DNA of 64,000 nucleotides from Phoronis australis. Lineage: Eukaryota; Animalia; Phoronida. The translations under genes and the position numbers were made by a program. The stretch covers positions 62,001 through 126,000 of the forward strand of contig NMRA01000804.1 in assembly GCA_002633005.1 (NCBI GenBank). The letters are read 5' to 3'. Of the stretch, positions 1-11,391 are shown one piece after another. Below the pieces are notes generated by a model. It saw nothing but the letters and a program-made list of their open reading frames with translations. It was not told where the DNA came from and did not search any database. Positions within the stretch are counted from its first letter, which is position 1; each line of letters begins with the position of its first letter.

Positions 1-844
1 GACCAGTGTCATCAGTATCCACACTATCCTCCATAATAAAAACTTCAAGAACTGTGAGAGAGCAGCAGAGATGATGTCCGTATAATATCAAGGCAGCAAT
101 TTCAAGTGAGTGTGTGCACAGTGCTAGTCACAGAGTAGAATGTTCCTAGTAATTGAACATTTTGTTATTGTTTCTGGTCAGTTCAAATAAAATAAACAGG
201 AGCACCCTAGCAGATGATTAAGTGGTGACAGCAGTGTTATGTAACACCAATTAAGTTACAGTTCAGGGCAATTAGCTTCATTCTAGTCTTCAGATCAAAC
301 AAACATACTATATTTCAGGGAGGAATATCTCTATAACCTTTCAAAAGTTACCACAACAATCACTACAAAGCTAACACGCTTCCTGGTTTTTCCTTGAATT
401 GATAATTTGCTTGTGAAGAAATGGTTCTAAATTCCAGGAATAACAGCCAATAGGCATTAACTTCACAAACAAGAAGTTAACATAGAGTATGGTGTCTCAA
501 TCCTCATTGGATAGAAAACTGGGAATACCCTACATATATTTAAACTTAAACCAATAATTTGCTGCCTTCTATCCCTCCTGAAGGCGTGATCCGCTTGTGA
601 GATACATTGTTTAGATAACGCCTCCAGACGGCATCAGGCCCTGAGTGAAAATAAACAGTCACGCCATAAGGCGTGATCAGGGAGGAATGAGTTAACCGTG
701 ATGCACTTCTCACAGTGGCTGAAACTTTTCCCATTTTAAGTGCAGCTGCACTCGGTCAATCAGTCGTATTGCCAAAGACTTTCTCTGTGATTTCATATTT
801 GACACCAGCCTTTAGCAGACTCATGATTTAATTTCCTGTTGCAG

Positions 845-962
845 GCAAGCATATCATCAAAGACTTGCTCTACGATTTCCTGTTCCCCGCCTCCAAAATG
901 TTGTTGGACGATTTTGAGGAGAAACGGCGCTCGAAGACTTCCATCATGGACTTCAATCCCAA
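845..962 (+). CDS. USP24: USP24-like deubiquitinase, first identifiable coding exon in window (gene continues upstream)
   Basis: ttgcag| ... |gtaagg; translates KHIIKDLLYDFLFPASKMLL...DFNPK, resembling recalled human USP24 LIKPLLDDFLFRASRIIL...DFHPK. Confidence 0.88.
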
Positions 963-1393
963 GTAAGGGCTGTCAATCATAAAGTGTCAGTATTCTTTTG
1001 GTCAAGTATTGTCTGGTGCTCGTTACTAATGTGTTAGTATTTCTTTAAGTTTCACATTTCTCTGTAGAAAATTAAATGTAATGTGCAAGTCCCATAGGCC
1101 TTTGTTCAGACTTAACTAAAAAGAGGGAAAAGACGCCATTAAGGGACATTTTCCTTCGAAAACCGGGGTTGCCCCCTATCTGCCAGCAAGTTAATAGTTC
1201 ACAGACTGACTCTTCTTACAAGAGTCGTTCAAGTGTAGTAGTAAGTTTTCTCTGCTGTCAACCACAAGACTTCATTCGTGGAATGTGAATGTACAGTTTT
1301 CTGATGTGGAGGTAAATGGTATGTCCTTTGAAAATGCCATGCTAGAAATATTGAACTTCTGTCTGACTTGAAGCTCTTCTTGTGATATTCTAG

Positions 1394-1538
1394 GTGTTCA
1401 GACAACAGGTCACGTACTGCCGCCTATAGGGTGTTAGTGGAACTAGCCGACCAGTGTCTAGAAAATCTTGATGAGATCTCTACTGAGTTGATCACTATGC
1501 ACCACAAAGCAGAGAGGGAGGGGGACAAGGACTGGGAG
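1394..1538 (+). CDS. USP24: USP24-like exon
   Basis: tctag|/|gtgagc; phase-compatible; CSDNRSRTAAYRVLVELADQCLENLDEISTELITMHHK...KDWE. Confidence 0.9.
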
Positions 1539-1816
1539 GTGAGCAGCCAAATGCTCTTCCAGTGTCTGTGAAGCCAACATTTGGATGTTGTTTTTACAAA
1601 TAATACCCAAATCACAGATTATCTTAGAATCATATTTGTTCAATACCACAGACTCTATGAATGCTATCGATTCAATTTTATTGGAGTATGTTAAAAGTCA
1701 GATTAGTATCCTAAGAGATACTGCTACGGCTTTGTGTAGAAAAGTGTGAAACTACATTTTGAATCTCTTGTTTGTTGAAGTTGTTTAACATTAACTTTTT
1801 CCTGTCTTCCTATTAG

Positions 1817-1977
1817 TACATGCCCCCTGTTGACAGTCGATCATCAAGTGGGTTTGTTGGTTTGAAGAATGGGGGCGCCACATGTTACATGAACTCCGTG
1901 ATCCAGCAGCTGTTCATGACTCCCACAATTCCTGATTACATCCTCAGTATCGACTCTGACGACGTCGAGGAGAACAG
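1817..1977 (+). CDS. USP24: USP24-like exon containing the USP Cys-box (catalytic Cys codon TGT 1883-1885)
   Basis: [34 protein letters not shown]; canonical AG/GT. Confidence 0.96.
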
Positions 1978-2672
1978 GTGAGACTTGATTGGCTGTGTTG
2001 GTCACATGGTCAGTCAGACTTGTTGTTTAATTAGTGCTTCAATGAGAAGTAGTGGTCTTGCTCAACCATTACAAATGAAACTTGAAATGCTCAAGTTATT
2101 TTGGGTTGAAATCATCAGTAGCTGTAGTTGGTGTTATAATTGCTGTGGTGTCGCATTAAGACGTTAACCTTCTTTTTAAGATTAATTCAGATGTTATGAC
2201 CAAGTGTCTAAATTTACGTTAATTGTTGTTCAAAACTTGCACACTAAATGCCTCATGTTGTGTCCTGCATGAACACTAGATGTCAACATATACACGATTA
2301 GGCAGGTTAACTTAACTCAGTTCTGTAATTTTTTTGTTAAAAGGGTGTGGCTTAGTGGTAGACACAAACTTAAATCATATTGCGTGAGGCCACATAATCA
2401 TCTGAATATAACTGCAGGAGACATCTAGGTCAAAACCAATGATGAGGCACTATTATGTTTCAACAGTGTTGATTAACACAAGAGGCATGGCAATAGCCAA
2501 TCAGAGTTTTAACACTCTCCAGTTTGTGTAAAAAACTGTGGAAGAGTCTGCAGTCAGATGTATCCAGTAGATTAGTTTTCTGCATCTCAGTCTTGTTCTT
2601 CTAATACAGCCTCAGCATGAATGGTAAACGGTGTCGTCTGCTGTCCTGTATCTGCCATGTTGGTTGTTTCAG

Positions 2673-2853
2673 CGTCTTCTACCAAATGCAGCAAGTGTTT
2701 GCCAACCTGATGGAGAGCAAGTTGCAGTACTACCAGCCTGACATCTTTTGGAGAGTGTTCAAACTATGGGGTCAGACGGTCAACATACGTGAACAGCAGG
2801 ATGCGTTTGATTTCTTTCAAGCATTGGTTGATCAGGTGGATGAAAGGTTAAAG
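2673..2853 (+). CDS. USP24: USP24-like exon (QQD box)
   Basis: VFYQMQQVFANLMESKLQYYQPDIFWRVFKLWGQTVNIREQQDAFDFFQALVDQVDERLK; AG/GT. Confidence 0.96.
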
Positions 2854-3208
2854 GTCAGTCTCTGTCTTAAGGGTTCACGGCATTAGTGGGCTGTGTCTTA
2901 GGCAATATATCAGTGTTCCTTTTTGGCTCTATGCTGCGGTTAATTAAAAAGTTCAAATTTTAATGAATTTGATGATTGAGTCAATCTCGTATTTGTTAAA
3001 ACAAAATGATTATCAAATTTAAAAATTTTGAGACCTATTGGAATGTATCAAATTTTGTGAGCAGTGCTTGTTCAAAACCTGAAACTTAATATCAATTGGC
3101 ACTGGTGTGTACTAAAATATAAATGTATGTCATGAATGTTCGTGATTTACATAATTTATGTTCAGATTATAATTAGGTTGTGAATAATCTATATATGTGA
3201 TTCTACAG

Positions 3209-3291
3209 GAGATGGGTCGAGACCAGGTGTTCAAGAAGAAGTTGCAAGGTATCTTCTCAGACCAGAAAATTTGCAATGGCTGTCCACATAG
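3209..3291 (+). CDS. USP24: USP24-like exon
   Basis: EMGRDQVFKKKLQGIFSDQKICNGCPHR; ctacag|/|gtgggt. Confidence 0.94.
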
Positions 3292-3485
3292 GTGGGTGTT
3301 TATCTTTGTTTCATGAACCCTTGCTTAGTAAGTTGTAGTGTTTCAGTTAGGATCCATATTAGCTGAGATTCGTTGGTATGACATGGAGCCAATGGTTTCG
3401 TGTCACCGACGTAATTTCGGTTTCGTCTGTCTCAGAGTAGATGTTTCATCAACTTGTTTTTGGCACTTGTATGTGAATGTCACGG

Positions 3486-3943
3486 GAAGTCAATAGTGTC
3501 CCTTGAAGTCAATAGGGTCCCTTGAAGTCAATAGGGTCCCTTGAAGTCAATAGGGTCCGTTGAAGTCAATAGGGTCCCTTGAAGTCAATAGGGTCCGTTG
3601 AAGTCAATAGGATCCCTTGAAGTCAATAGGGTCCGTTGAAGTCAATAGTGTCCCTTGAAGTCAATAGGGTCCCTTGAAGTCAATAGGGTCCCTTGAAGTC
3701 AATAGGGTCCATTGAAGTCAATAGGGTCCATTGAAGTCAATAGGGTCCGTTGAAGTCGATAGGGTTCCTTGAAGTTGATAGGCTTCCTTGAAGTCAATAG
3801 CGTCCCTTCAAGTCGATAGGGTCCCTTCAAGTCAATAGGGTCCCTTGAAGTCAGTAGGGTCCCTTGAAGTCAATAGAGTCCCTTGAAGTCAGTAGGGTTT
3901 CTTTAAGTCAATAGGGTTCCTTGAAATCAGTAAGGTCCCTTGA
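3486..3943. repeat. 19-bp minisatellite, ~24 copies
   Basis: (gaagtcaatagggtccctt)n, degenerating at the 3' end. Confidence 0.97.
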
Positions 3944-4185
3944 TGTAAACTTGTCTTCATATTCTTGAAGTTTGTTGGAGATCTGTGACTTGCTACTTAT
4001 TTCTTGGAAACCAGATTTATTTGACAATGAGAGGCGGGTTGATGAACCAGTAGAACACTTCAGGGAACCTTGGATACAGAGAAAGGGACTGTTAGTATGG
4101 GTCATTCATAATGATGCATATCAACAAATGAGTGTTGTCTCTGAAATAGTATTTAGCTGGTCATTTTGACATGACAGCCCTTTTG

Positions 4186-4232
4186 ACCTGGATGACTTCA
4201 CCTGGATGACTTCACCTGGATGGCTTCACCTG
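4186..4232. repeat. 14-bp tandem repeat x3
   Basis: acctggatgacttc. Confidence 0.85.
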
Positions 4233-4477
4233 GGGGCTGTTTAGTGAAAGTGGCTTAAAACAGAAATTTGGTCTTATGCTCCCACTTCATCATTGGTGAA
4301 AAAGGTTTACTCAAGTAATTATGAAAATATTGCAGTCTAGAAACAATTCAGAGAAGTTTTCTCAGTAGCTAACAGTTATATTTATATTCTCAGAGACTGC
4401 AGTGTTTCTCAAGTGAGACCAAATGTCAGTTTGAAGTCACTTTTCAGGAGGCATGCCTTCATGGTCTCTATGAGCAC

Positions 4478-4704
4478 TCATTATGTAAGTCTGATATACC
4501 CATTATGTGTAAGCCTGATATACCCATTATGTGTAAGCCTGATATACCCATTATGTGTAAGCCTGATATACCCATTATGTGTAAGCCTGACATACCCATT
4601 ATGTATCAGCCTGATATACCCATTATGTGTAAGTCTGACATACCCATTATGTATCAGCCTGATATACCCATTATATGTAAGCCTGATATACCCATTATGT
4701 GCAG
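4478..4704. repeat. 24-bp minisatellite (~9.5 copies) ending in a splice acceptor
   Basis: (cattatgtgtaagcctgatatacc)n; last unit reads cattatgtgcAG|. Confidence 0.96.
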
Positions 4705-4843
4705 GTATGAGCGTGAAGAGGCTTTCTTTGCCCTCAACTTGACTGTAAAGAACGCCACTCTGCAAGACTCACTGGATCAGTTTGTTAAGGGAGAACTGTT
4801 GGATGGTGATAATGCATATTTCTGTGAAAAGTGTGGTGAGAAG
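4705..4843 (+). CDS. USP24: USP24-like exon (fingers subdomain)
   Basis: [46 protein letters not shown]; gtgcag|/|gtgagt. Confidence 0.95.
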
Positions 4844-5028
4844 GTGAGTATCACGGGGTTGTGCTTGCGGGTCATGGGGTCATCATTGTGGGTCACGGGG
4901 TTAAGATTGTGGGTCATGGGGTCATGCTTGTGGCTCATGGGGTCATTTGTGTGGGTCATGGGGTCATGCTTATGGGTCATTGGGTCATGTTTACGGGTCA
5001 CAGGGTCATACTTGCGGGTCACGGAGTC
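4844..5028. repeat. degenerate G-rich 21-bp minisatellite starting at a splice donor
   Basis: (gtgggtcatggggtcatgctt)-like units, ~8-9 copies. Confidence 0.9.
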
Positions 5029-5672
5029 AACTGACAGGTCACTAATTTTCTTATGTGCTTGGGCATGTTTTTAGAAGATTTTTGCTTCTGAGATGGCTAT
5101 TTTATTGACATTGGTGTTTTTCTGAAAATATCTCAGTTATAGCGGACAGCTGCAATTGGATAAAATGGGAATATTGAACATTCTTTGTCAGTTGTAGTAT
5201 GGATAAACCCGTCATTAAGGTACTTTGTTGTAGTAAATTGTTAATTTTTGCAAGTTGATAACATGTTATGGGAGTCCCAGTGCAATAAAAATATAACTGA
5301 CCAGTTTCCTTATATTTGTGATAATTTTATTTTAAAATTAATACATTTATTTGTTAATAGTGAATATGACTGGTGTTGTGTGGCCCCATCTTTACATTAT
5401 GAATAACATTACATCATATAAAACAAATATGTATTTTGAAATGGAATCCATAGTGATTGGTTCTACAATTAGCTCACGATTATTATGATTGAGATGTTGA
5501 ATAAAGGGAACTGTAAAGGTAAAAGACACTCATTCAAAAAACACACTCACTTGTATCGAAACAATTAAATTGACATTTACATGTTGGCATATCTGCATGA
5601 AAAGAATTCTCAATTTTATTACAATAAGATGAAGAAGTGGTTAAAAATACCATGATCACTCGTATGAAAAAT

Positions 5673-6015
5673 ATGTATCTTGATATTAATCTATTCTCCA
5701 CTGCAGAGAGACACCATGAAGATGTATCTTGATATTAATCACTTCTCCACTGCAGTGAGACACCATGAAGATGTATCTTGATATTAATCACTTCTCCACT
5801 GCAGAGAGACACCATGAAGATGTATCTTGATATTAATCACTTCTCCACTGCAGAGAGACACCATGAAGATGTATCTTGATATTAATCACTTCTTCACTGC
5901 AGAGAGACACCATGAAGATGTATCTTGATATTAATCACTTCTCCACTGCAGAGAGACACCATGAAGATGTATCTTGATATTAATCACTTCTTCACTGCAG
6001 AGAGACACCATGAAG
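5673..6015. repeat. 49-bp tandem repeat x7 spanning an intron/exon boundary
   Basis: atgtatcttgatattaatcacttctccactgcAG|agagacaccatgaag. Confidence 0.97.
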
Positions 6016-6120
6016 CGCATGTGTATCAAGACACTGCCCTCACTACTGTGTATACAACTCAAGCGATTCAGTTATGACTGGGAAGCCAACAGAGCTCTCA
6101 AGTTTGATGACTACTTCAAA
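6001..6120 (+). CDS. USP24: USP24-like exon
   Basis: [40 protein letters not shown]; ctgcag|/|gtgagt. Confidence 0.95.
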
Positions 6121-6857
6121 GTGAGTGTAACTTGTAATGTTGACAATAGGTGGAGTACATGTTATGCTTACACACTTGTCAGCATTGGAAGTAGTCCACT
6201 ACTGATAGTTTGGGGCCCATTTTTGAAGTCATGAGTCCAGTCTTATTTAGGTTGTAACTTAGATTTTAATTTGCACAAAGTTCATTAACATGAATTGTGA
6301 AGGTGGTCATTAAGTCTGCAAATGAAAGAAATGAAAACTTATCAACTTTGCCTCATTTGCAACATTTTCTCTTTTCTAAACAAATGCAGTGTATTGTATT
6401 TGTAAGGCTGTGCTTTGGACCGTCTGAGCTACGATTGGGCTCCTGGACCTAAAGTCTCTTATTATGCTTTTTTCTCTGGTCTGCGAAGTGGTACAGTTGG
6501 ATCTTGTACTCAGGATAACAAGGTTTTTATTGATATGATGTTCAATTGTTTCCCACATTTTCATGCTGTAAAGTAAATGATCGTGTCAATTTACATCAAT
6601 TATTAGTGACCAGCACAAATGACTGAGAATATGAAAGGAAGGTATGAAGAGAACAAGCCGGGTTGGACTCCTACAGACACTGCAATATGCTAATTTGCTT
6701 GTACTATTTAGAGTGCTATTCTATGCTGGTTATACTATAAACAATTGTGGAATACGATCTATAGATGACCTCCATTTCTCAAGTTATGCATGATTGGGAA
6801 ACTTCAGAGCAATTCCAAAAACTGTGAAATAATTTTAACCGGTTGTTTTTTGTTCAG

Positions 6858-7110
6858 TTCCCATGGGTGTTGGACATGGAGCCATTTACGACCTCAGGAA
6901 TACAAAGGCAGGAGGCAGAGGAGAATGCAGACTCACAGGAGGCAGACGAGGTGTTCACGACCGCTAGCGCCACCTGTNCATTGTCCAATCCTAGCAAGAA
7001 CAAATGGTTCAAGTTCAACGATACTGTGGTGGAAGAGTTTGACATGAATGACACGTCCATCGAGGCGGAGTGTTTTGGTGGAACGTACAAAGCCAAGGTT
7101 TATGAACACT
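6858..7110 (+). CDS. USP24: USP24-like coding sequence, probably parts of two or more exons fused across an assembly gap (N at 6978); His-box absent
   Basis: FPWVLDMEPFTTSG...TASATC-N-LSNPSKNKWFKFNDTVVEEFDMNDTSIEAECFGGTYKAKVYEH; ttcag|/|gtgagt. Confidence 0.85.
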
Positions 7111-7658
7111 GTGAGTTCTAGAGGAAGGCTGAGGAGACGGTGTAAGCAGTGCTGCAAGACTGCCCAAAGGGCTGTTCTCTTAAAGGATCTGGCTTTGTCT
7201 ACAACCAAAAGTACAAAGTCCCATCGATTTCCAATTATCCACACCCATTTTGCATTGTAATGCCTGATTTTCTGGGATAGCAGAAATAGATAGAATTCAC
7301 AAATTGCATTTCTTTACAGAAATCAATTTTTTTACTTATCATGTCTTAAAATCTTTTTAACGTATTCTCGTGCAAACGCAGGCTGTTTCTTTTCAACTCA
7401 TGACAAAGCTGACAGGAATTTAAGTGTTTCCTGCTGCTGCCATCTTTTGGCTGTTTTAAGGCAGTTTTTCTGTAATACGAATATTAGCATAAGCCAAGAT
7501 CCGGGGTTTTAACATGTCTCAAGTTCTTTTTTGTTTATTTTTTGATATGAGTACACCCCTAGAAATCGCTTTCGCATTGCATCCAGGATATCATTCACTC
7601 CCTTGCGTACATTCACTAGTAAGACTATCTCAAGTCAGAGTGTGATCAAGCAAAGCGT

Positions 7659-7735
7659 CTGTTGAGTTCCTAAACAGTGTAAACAATCTTTGTTTACACT
7701 GTTGAGTTCCTAAACAGTGTAAACAATCTTTGTTT
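7659..7735. repeat. 40-bp tandem duplication just upstream of an acceptor
   Basis: ctgttgagttcctaaacagtgtaaacaatctttgttt(aca) x2. Confidence 0.92.
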
Positions 7736-7742
7736 CCTTTAG

Positions 7743-7881
7743 CGAGCTCATACCCTGAGGAGCGTGTGCGGTACTGGAATGGCTACTTGTTGTTCTACGA
7801 ACGCGTTGAGGACAACCGTAGCCCCGTCCTGACCAAGAAGAGCAGGATCTCTCTCAAGAAAAAGCCCTCACCAGCTCAGAG
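7743..7881 (+). CDS. USP24: USP24-like exon (end of catalytic domain)
   Basis: SSYPEERVRYWNGYLLFYERVEDNRSPVLTKKSRISL; tttag|/|gtaaca. Confidence 0.94.
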
Positions 7882-8572
7882 GTAACACTGATTGTGATTG
7901 AATGTCAGTGGTGTGTCTGTACTCTTGTACACATTTAAAAACATTAATAAGATTTTTCCAATGAAAACAATATCAACTGATCGGCCACTGAACACCAAAC
8001 TTCTACAGAAATCGGTTTTGTTCTGTATTTTTACTTTTAGGATATATTTGTAAAAATTCAGCGTAAGTAATTTTTTATTATGGTGACATTTGTTCAAATG
8101 AATTTACACAATGAATATGTTACAAAACAGGAACACCCAGCCCTCCACAGGGCTTATAAGTCACTTTAGATTCATGATACAAAAAGAAAAAACAAGTGTA
8201 CACGCATTGCAAGAGGACCAAAAAGAGAACACTGAGATGAGAGCTATCATATATAACTGTAACTTTTCCTTTAAGCTGCTATGTGCTTACTTACTGTTAT
8301 GAAGTTTGTGTCAATTTGTACTGTACTTTACTTAGAATAGAGATTACCTTGTGGGCGTGACCCTGACAATATGTTATTGGTGTTGGCACATTAAAGGACC
8401 ATTTTGGTGGAACCCAGTTATTTACTTTGATCTTAGTGTTAGTGCACTCGACCTCTGATATCAAGTCTGTTCTGAGTAAGGAAGAACAAGGTTAGACAAT
8501 AACAGACTATTTAAACATGGCAAATGATACTCCGTAGCACTTTAAAAATAGTAAATATAGACACTCAGGTTG

Positions 8573-8749
8573 GCCAATAGTGAAATGTATCTAATAAACA
8601 GAAAAATCAGGAACCCCAACCAGGAATCGTGTGCAAAAGGTGAAATGCTGCTCATGGAATGGATGACATAAAAGTTGGCTGCAAACAGTAATTGCACACG
8701 TCAGATATCCGGTCCTCATTAGGTCACTTGTAGGAGCACTAGGCCGGCA
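8573..8749. mobile_element. degenerate copy of a tRNA-derived interspersed element (same family as 12032-12268)
   Basis: shares the gccaatagtgaa...acagaaaaatcagga arm, and the reverse complement of the 12115-12232 core. Confidence 0.75.
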
Positions 8750-8933
8750 GTTTAAAGAACATTCTATTCTTCAGGCATTGAAAGTTCTATTTAGCTGTGT
8801 TAATGCACTCAACTGTCATGGTTTTTGACATTTTAAATTGCCTTTGTGTACGTTTTGGATTTCATGTCAAATTTCTATTGTCCATTCAGTCGCTAGTATT
8901 CCCCCTTTGTGATATCTCTTTTTCATTGCGTAG

Positions 8934-9138
8934 CCCATCGACCAATCCCGAGAGAGATAGCCTCTCCGAGTTGACGGAGCTGGTTCACAAGGGGGAGCGG
9001 AAGCACCTGTTCACGGATAAGATGCCCGCCCGCATTCAGCAGACAGTGCGTCAAATAAACCTTAGTTTTATGAAGAACCGTGATGTCTACGATGTCGAGT
9101 ACTTCCGCTTTGTACATTCGTTAGCAGCTAAAAATGTG
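8934..9138 (+). CDS. USP24: USP24-like exon
   Basis: PSTNPERDSLSELTELVHKGERKHLFTDKMPARIQQTVRQINLSFMKNRDVYDVEYFRFVHSLAAKNV; cgtag|/|gtaagc. Confidence 0.93.
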
Positions 9139-9955
9139 GTAAGCTACTTTGTTGAGGATGAGTTACGATATTCTTTTATGATACATGTTATGAGCTGACT
9201 GTGTATCAATTTGTGTGTAACCTCGAATCCGTGAATTTTATTCATTGTTTTGTCAGGTAACTGTTGCTTATTTAGTTATTCAAAGCACACGTGTCCATCT
9301 TCTATCATAATATTAACTTTTATTTTAGACCCCTTGCAGGGCTTTCTGTGCCTCAATTTTGGAGCTGATTATCAGCCCCATTTTTCTCTTAAAAATATTT
9401 AAAAATCATGCGAAATTCATCTGACCCGAAGATTATCATTCAGTGATTAAAAATTTAAAAAATCCTCTAGGTTAGAATCACTTTTAACTCGCACTTACCC
9501 TCGGCTTCACAGAGTTTTTTATTAAGTGCAAAGATCTTCACTTAAGTGTCAAAAACCTTCCCAGCATTTACAGCCTTGGTGAATATGGATTAGTTCAATG
9601 CTTGGTGATCATATGGTATTGGCTTAAAGTTGTCTTTACAAACGATGGATACATGACTGGGTCATTTGACATAAACTAGTTGAAGGGATTTGCTGCGAAG
9701 GCCTTAGTGAATATCTTTTTCTTTAGAGGTAGCCAGAAATGTGTTTTACACTCACACGAGACACTGAGTTTTGGTCAGCATGATTCGAATAAATTCTGAC
9801 AAAAGTATATGGTGGATTTGAAATGTAGAGCAAATTGAGGAGAATGTTTGTCAAGGGTAATTGAGAAACAGTCACTCTTGGTGGTCGTCAAGTTTGTAAA
9901 TCTTGCTTTGATCTTGAAAGAGTCTTAGAACGTTAACTGAAATTTGTCATTCCAG

Positions 9956-10059
9956 ACCAGAACTGATCACGAACGGTACAGTGACCTCTGTTTACAATGT
10001 CTGAAACTAAGTATTCCATTTTTGTACAACACTTACTACAGAACCAAGGGAAAACTCAG
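9956..10059 (+). CDS. USP24: USP24-like exon
   Basis: TRTDHERYSDLCLQCLKLSIPFLYNTYYRTKGKLR; tccag|/|gtaaac. Confidence 0.9.
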
Positions 10060-10443
10060 GTAAACAGGAATTATAAAATAATCTGTTGGCTTCATTGTAG
10101 TGGTAGCATAATGCAACGAACTTCAACACAAAATGGCATCGGTGTTTTTCAAAATAACCAAAACTTTCTATAAAACTTTAAATTCTAAATTAATTTTTAA
10201 TATCTTGCAAACAAAATGGCTAATTCTGTGGAATGGTTCACTTTTCATGCACACACATGTTTATGTGGGTGCATTTTGCTCTTGTTATGTAATTGATTGT
10301 AAGAATGGAAAGATATGTGGGGTTGTAATTTATGAAGGAGTCTTTTGGAATCATGACTTTATATGGTCTTAGGTTGACAATGGGAGTTATGTGGAGGTTG
10401 TCTCTGTTGCATTTTATAGTTTTGCCTCAATTAGCATATAGAG

Positions 10444-10514
10444 TATAGTGCTCACATCTGACGTCTGGTTCTCTATTGTATAGTGCTCACATCTGACGTC
10501 TGGTTCTCTATTGT
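10444..10514. repeat. 35-bp tandem duplication
   Basis: tatagtgctcacatctgacgtctggttctctattg x2. Confidence 0.9.
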
Positions 10515-10657
10515 TCAGTCAAGGATGAAGTCAAGGGGTGTATTTAAATTGACTGTCTCAAAAAAAAAAACGCTGAAAATGAAACAAATAAGAGGCTAGT
10601 ATTTAAATTGTTTTACTACACATACAAATCAGATCTTGGCTTAGTGCGGTCAAAATG

Positions 10658-10832
10658 CTGACCGGATGGCCTCTTTTCTGGTGTGTACACCAGTCTCCAA
10701 TACTGTACCCAAAAGTATGTACACCTGACCAGATGGCCTCTTTTCTGATGTGTACAACAGTCTCCAATGCATGATACTATGCTATGCATTGTCTGATGTG
10801 TACACCAGTCTCCAATGCATTATACTATGATA
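10658..10832. repeat. imperfect triplicated segment ~60 nt upstream of an acceptor
   Basis: ...tctg(g/a)tgtgtaca(c/a)cagtctccaat... occurs three times. Confidence 0.8.
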
Positions 10833-10895
10833 TCATTGTCCAGTTACAAGGAGGCATGTGCAGTATATGTAAAATCTTGACTATCCATGTTTCAG

Positions 10896-11009
10896 GGAAG
10901 ACAGTGAAAAGTGGGTGGAGCTTGTCTCCACTGCATTATCCAATTGCAAGGAAGCGTGTCAGTGGATGATCCGTTACATGACAACAGATTTGGGTAGACA
11001 TCTAATAAG
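10896..11009 (+). CDS. USP24: USP24-like exon
   Basis: EDSEKWVELVSTALSNCKEACQWMIRYMTTDLGRHLI; ttcag|/|gtaact. Confidence 0.9.
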
Positions 11010-11187
11010 GTAACTTTAGTCTGAACGTGTTGATTTATGTCTGTTTTAAAGTTGTTAGATGCTTTAAGTGGTCTTCACTGTTGTTTGCATATTAGCAGAG
11101 TATAGCACAGAACATGGATATCTGTTACTTTATCATTGTATATTGTAGGTATTCTGTGGTAATGTGTTATACTAGAGTATGATACAT

Positions 11188-11270
11188 TTACTATAACAAC
11201 TGTACAGTAGATGTTACTATAATAACTGTACAGTAGTTGTTACTATAACAACTGTACAGTAGTTATTACT
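11188..11270. repeat. 26-bp tandem repeat x3 ending ~20 nt before an acceptor
   Basis: ttactataacaactgtacagtagatg. Confidence 0.88.
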
Positions 11271-11291
11271 GACTATTCTGTTATATTTTAG

Positions 11292-11391
11292 ACCTTACTT
11301 ACTAGAGTGTCCTAACAAAGAAGTCAGGGAGGCCTTCGGTAGAGTCTTACAAAAACTTATGGCAGCATTCTTCCAGCACGGTGGTATAACA
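11292..11391 (+). CDS. USP24: USP24-like exon
   Basis: PYLLECPNKEVREAFGRVLQKLMAAFFQHGGIT; tttag|/|gtgagt. Confidence 0.9.

Noticed and set aside
1-105. Possible USP24 exon ending at ttcaa|gtgagt
   Set aside because: All three frames contain stops within the segment and no USP24 similarity was recognised
4413-5074. ORFs with CKPDIPIM / HNGYIRLT / KHDPMTH repeats
   Set aside because: Translations of intronic minisatellites; only 4705-4843 matches USP24
5675-5682. U12-type donor (GTATCTTG) within each 49-bp unit creating micro-introns
   Set aside because: Mismatch to the GTATCCTT consensus, and the implied 32-nt introns are too short
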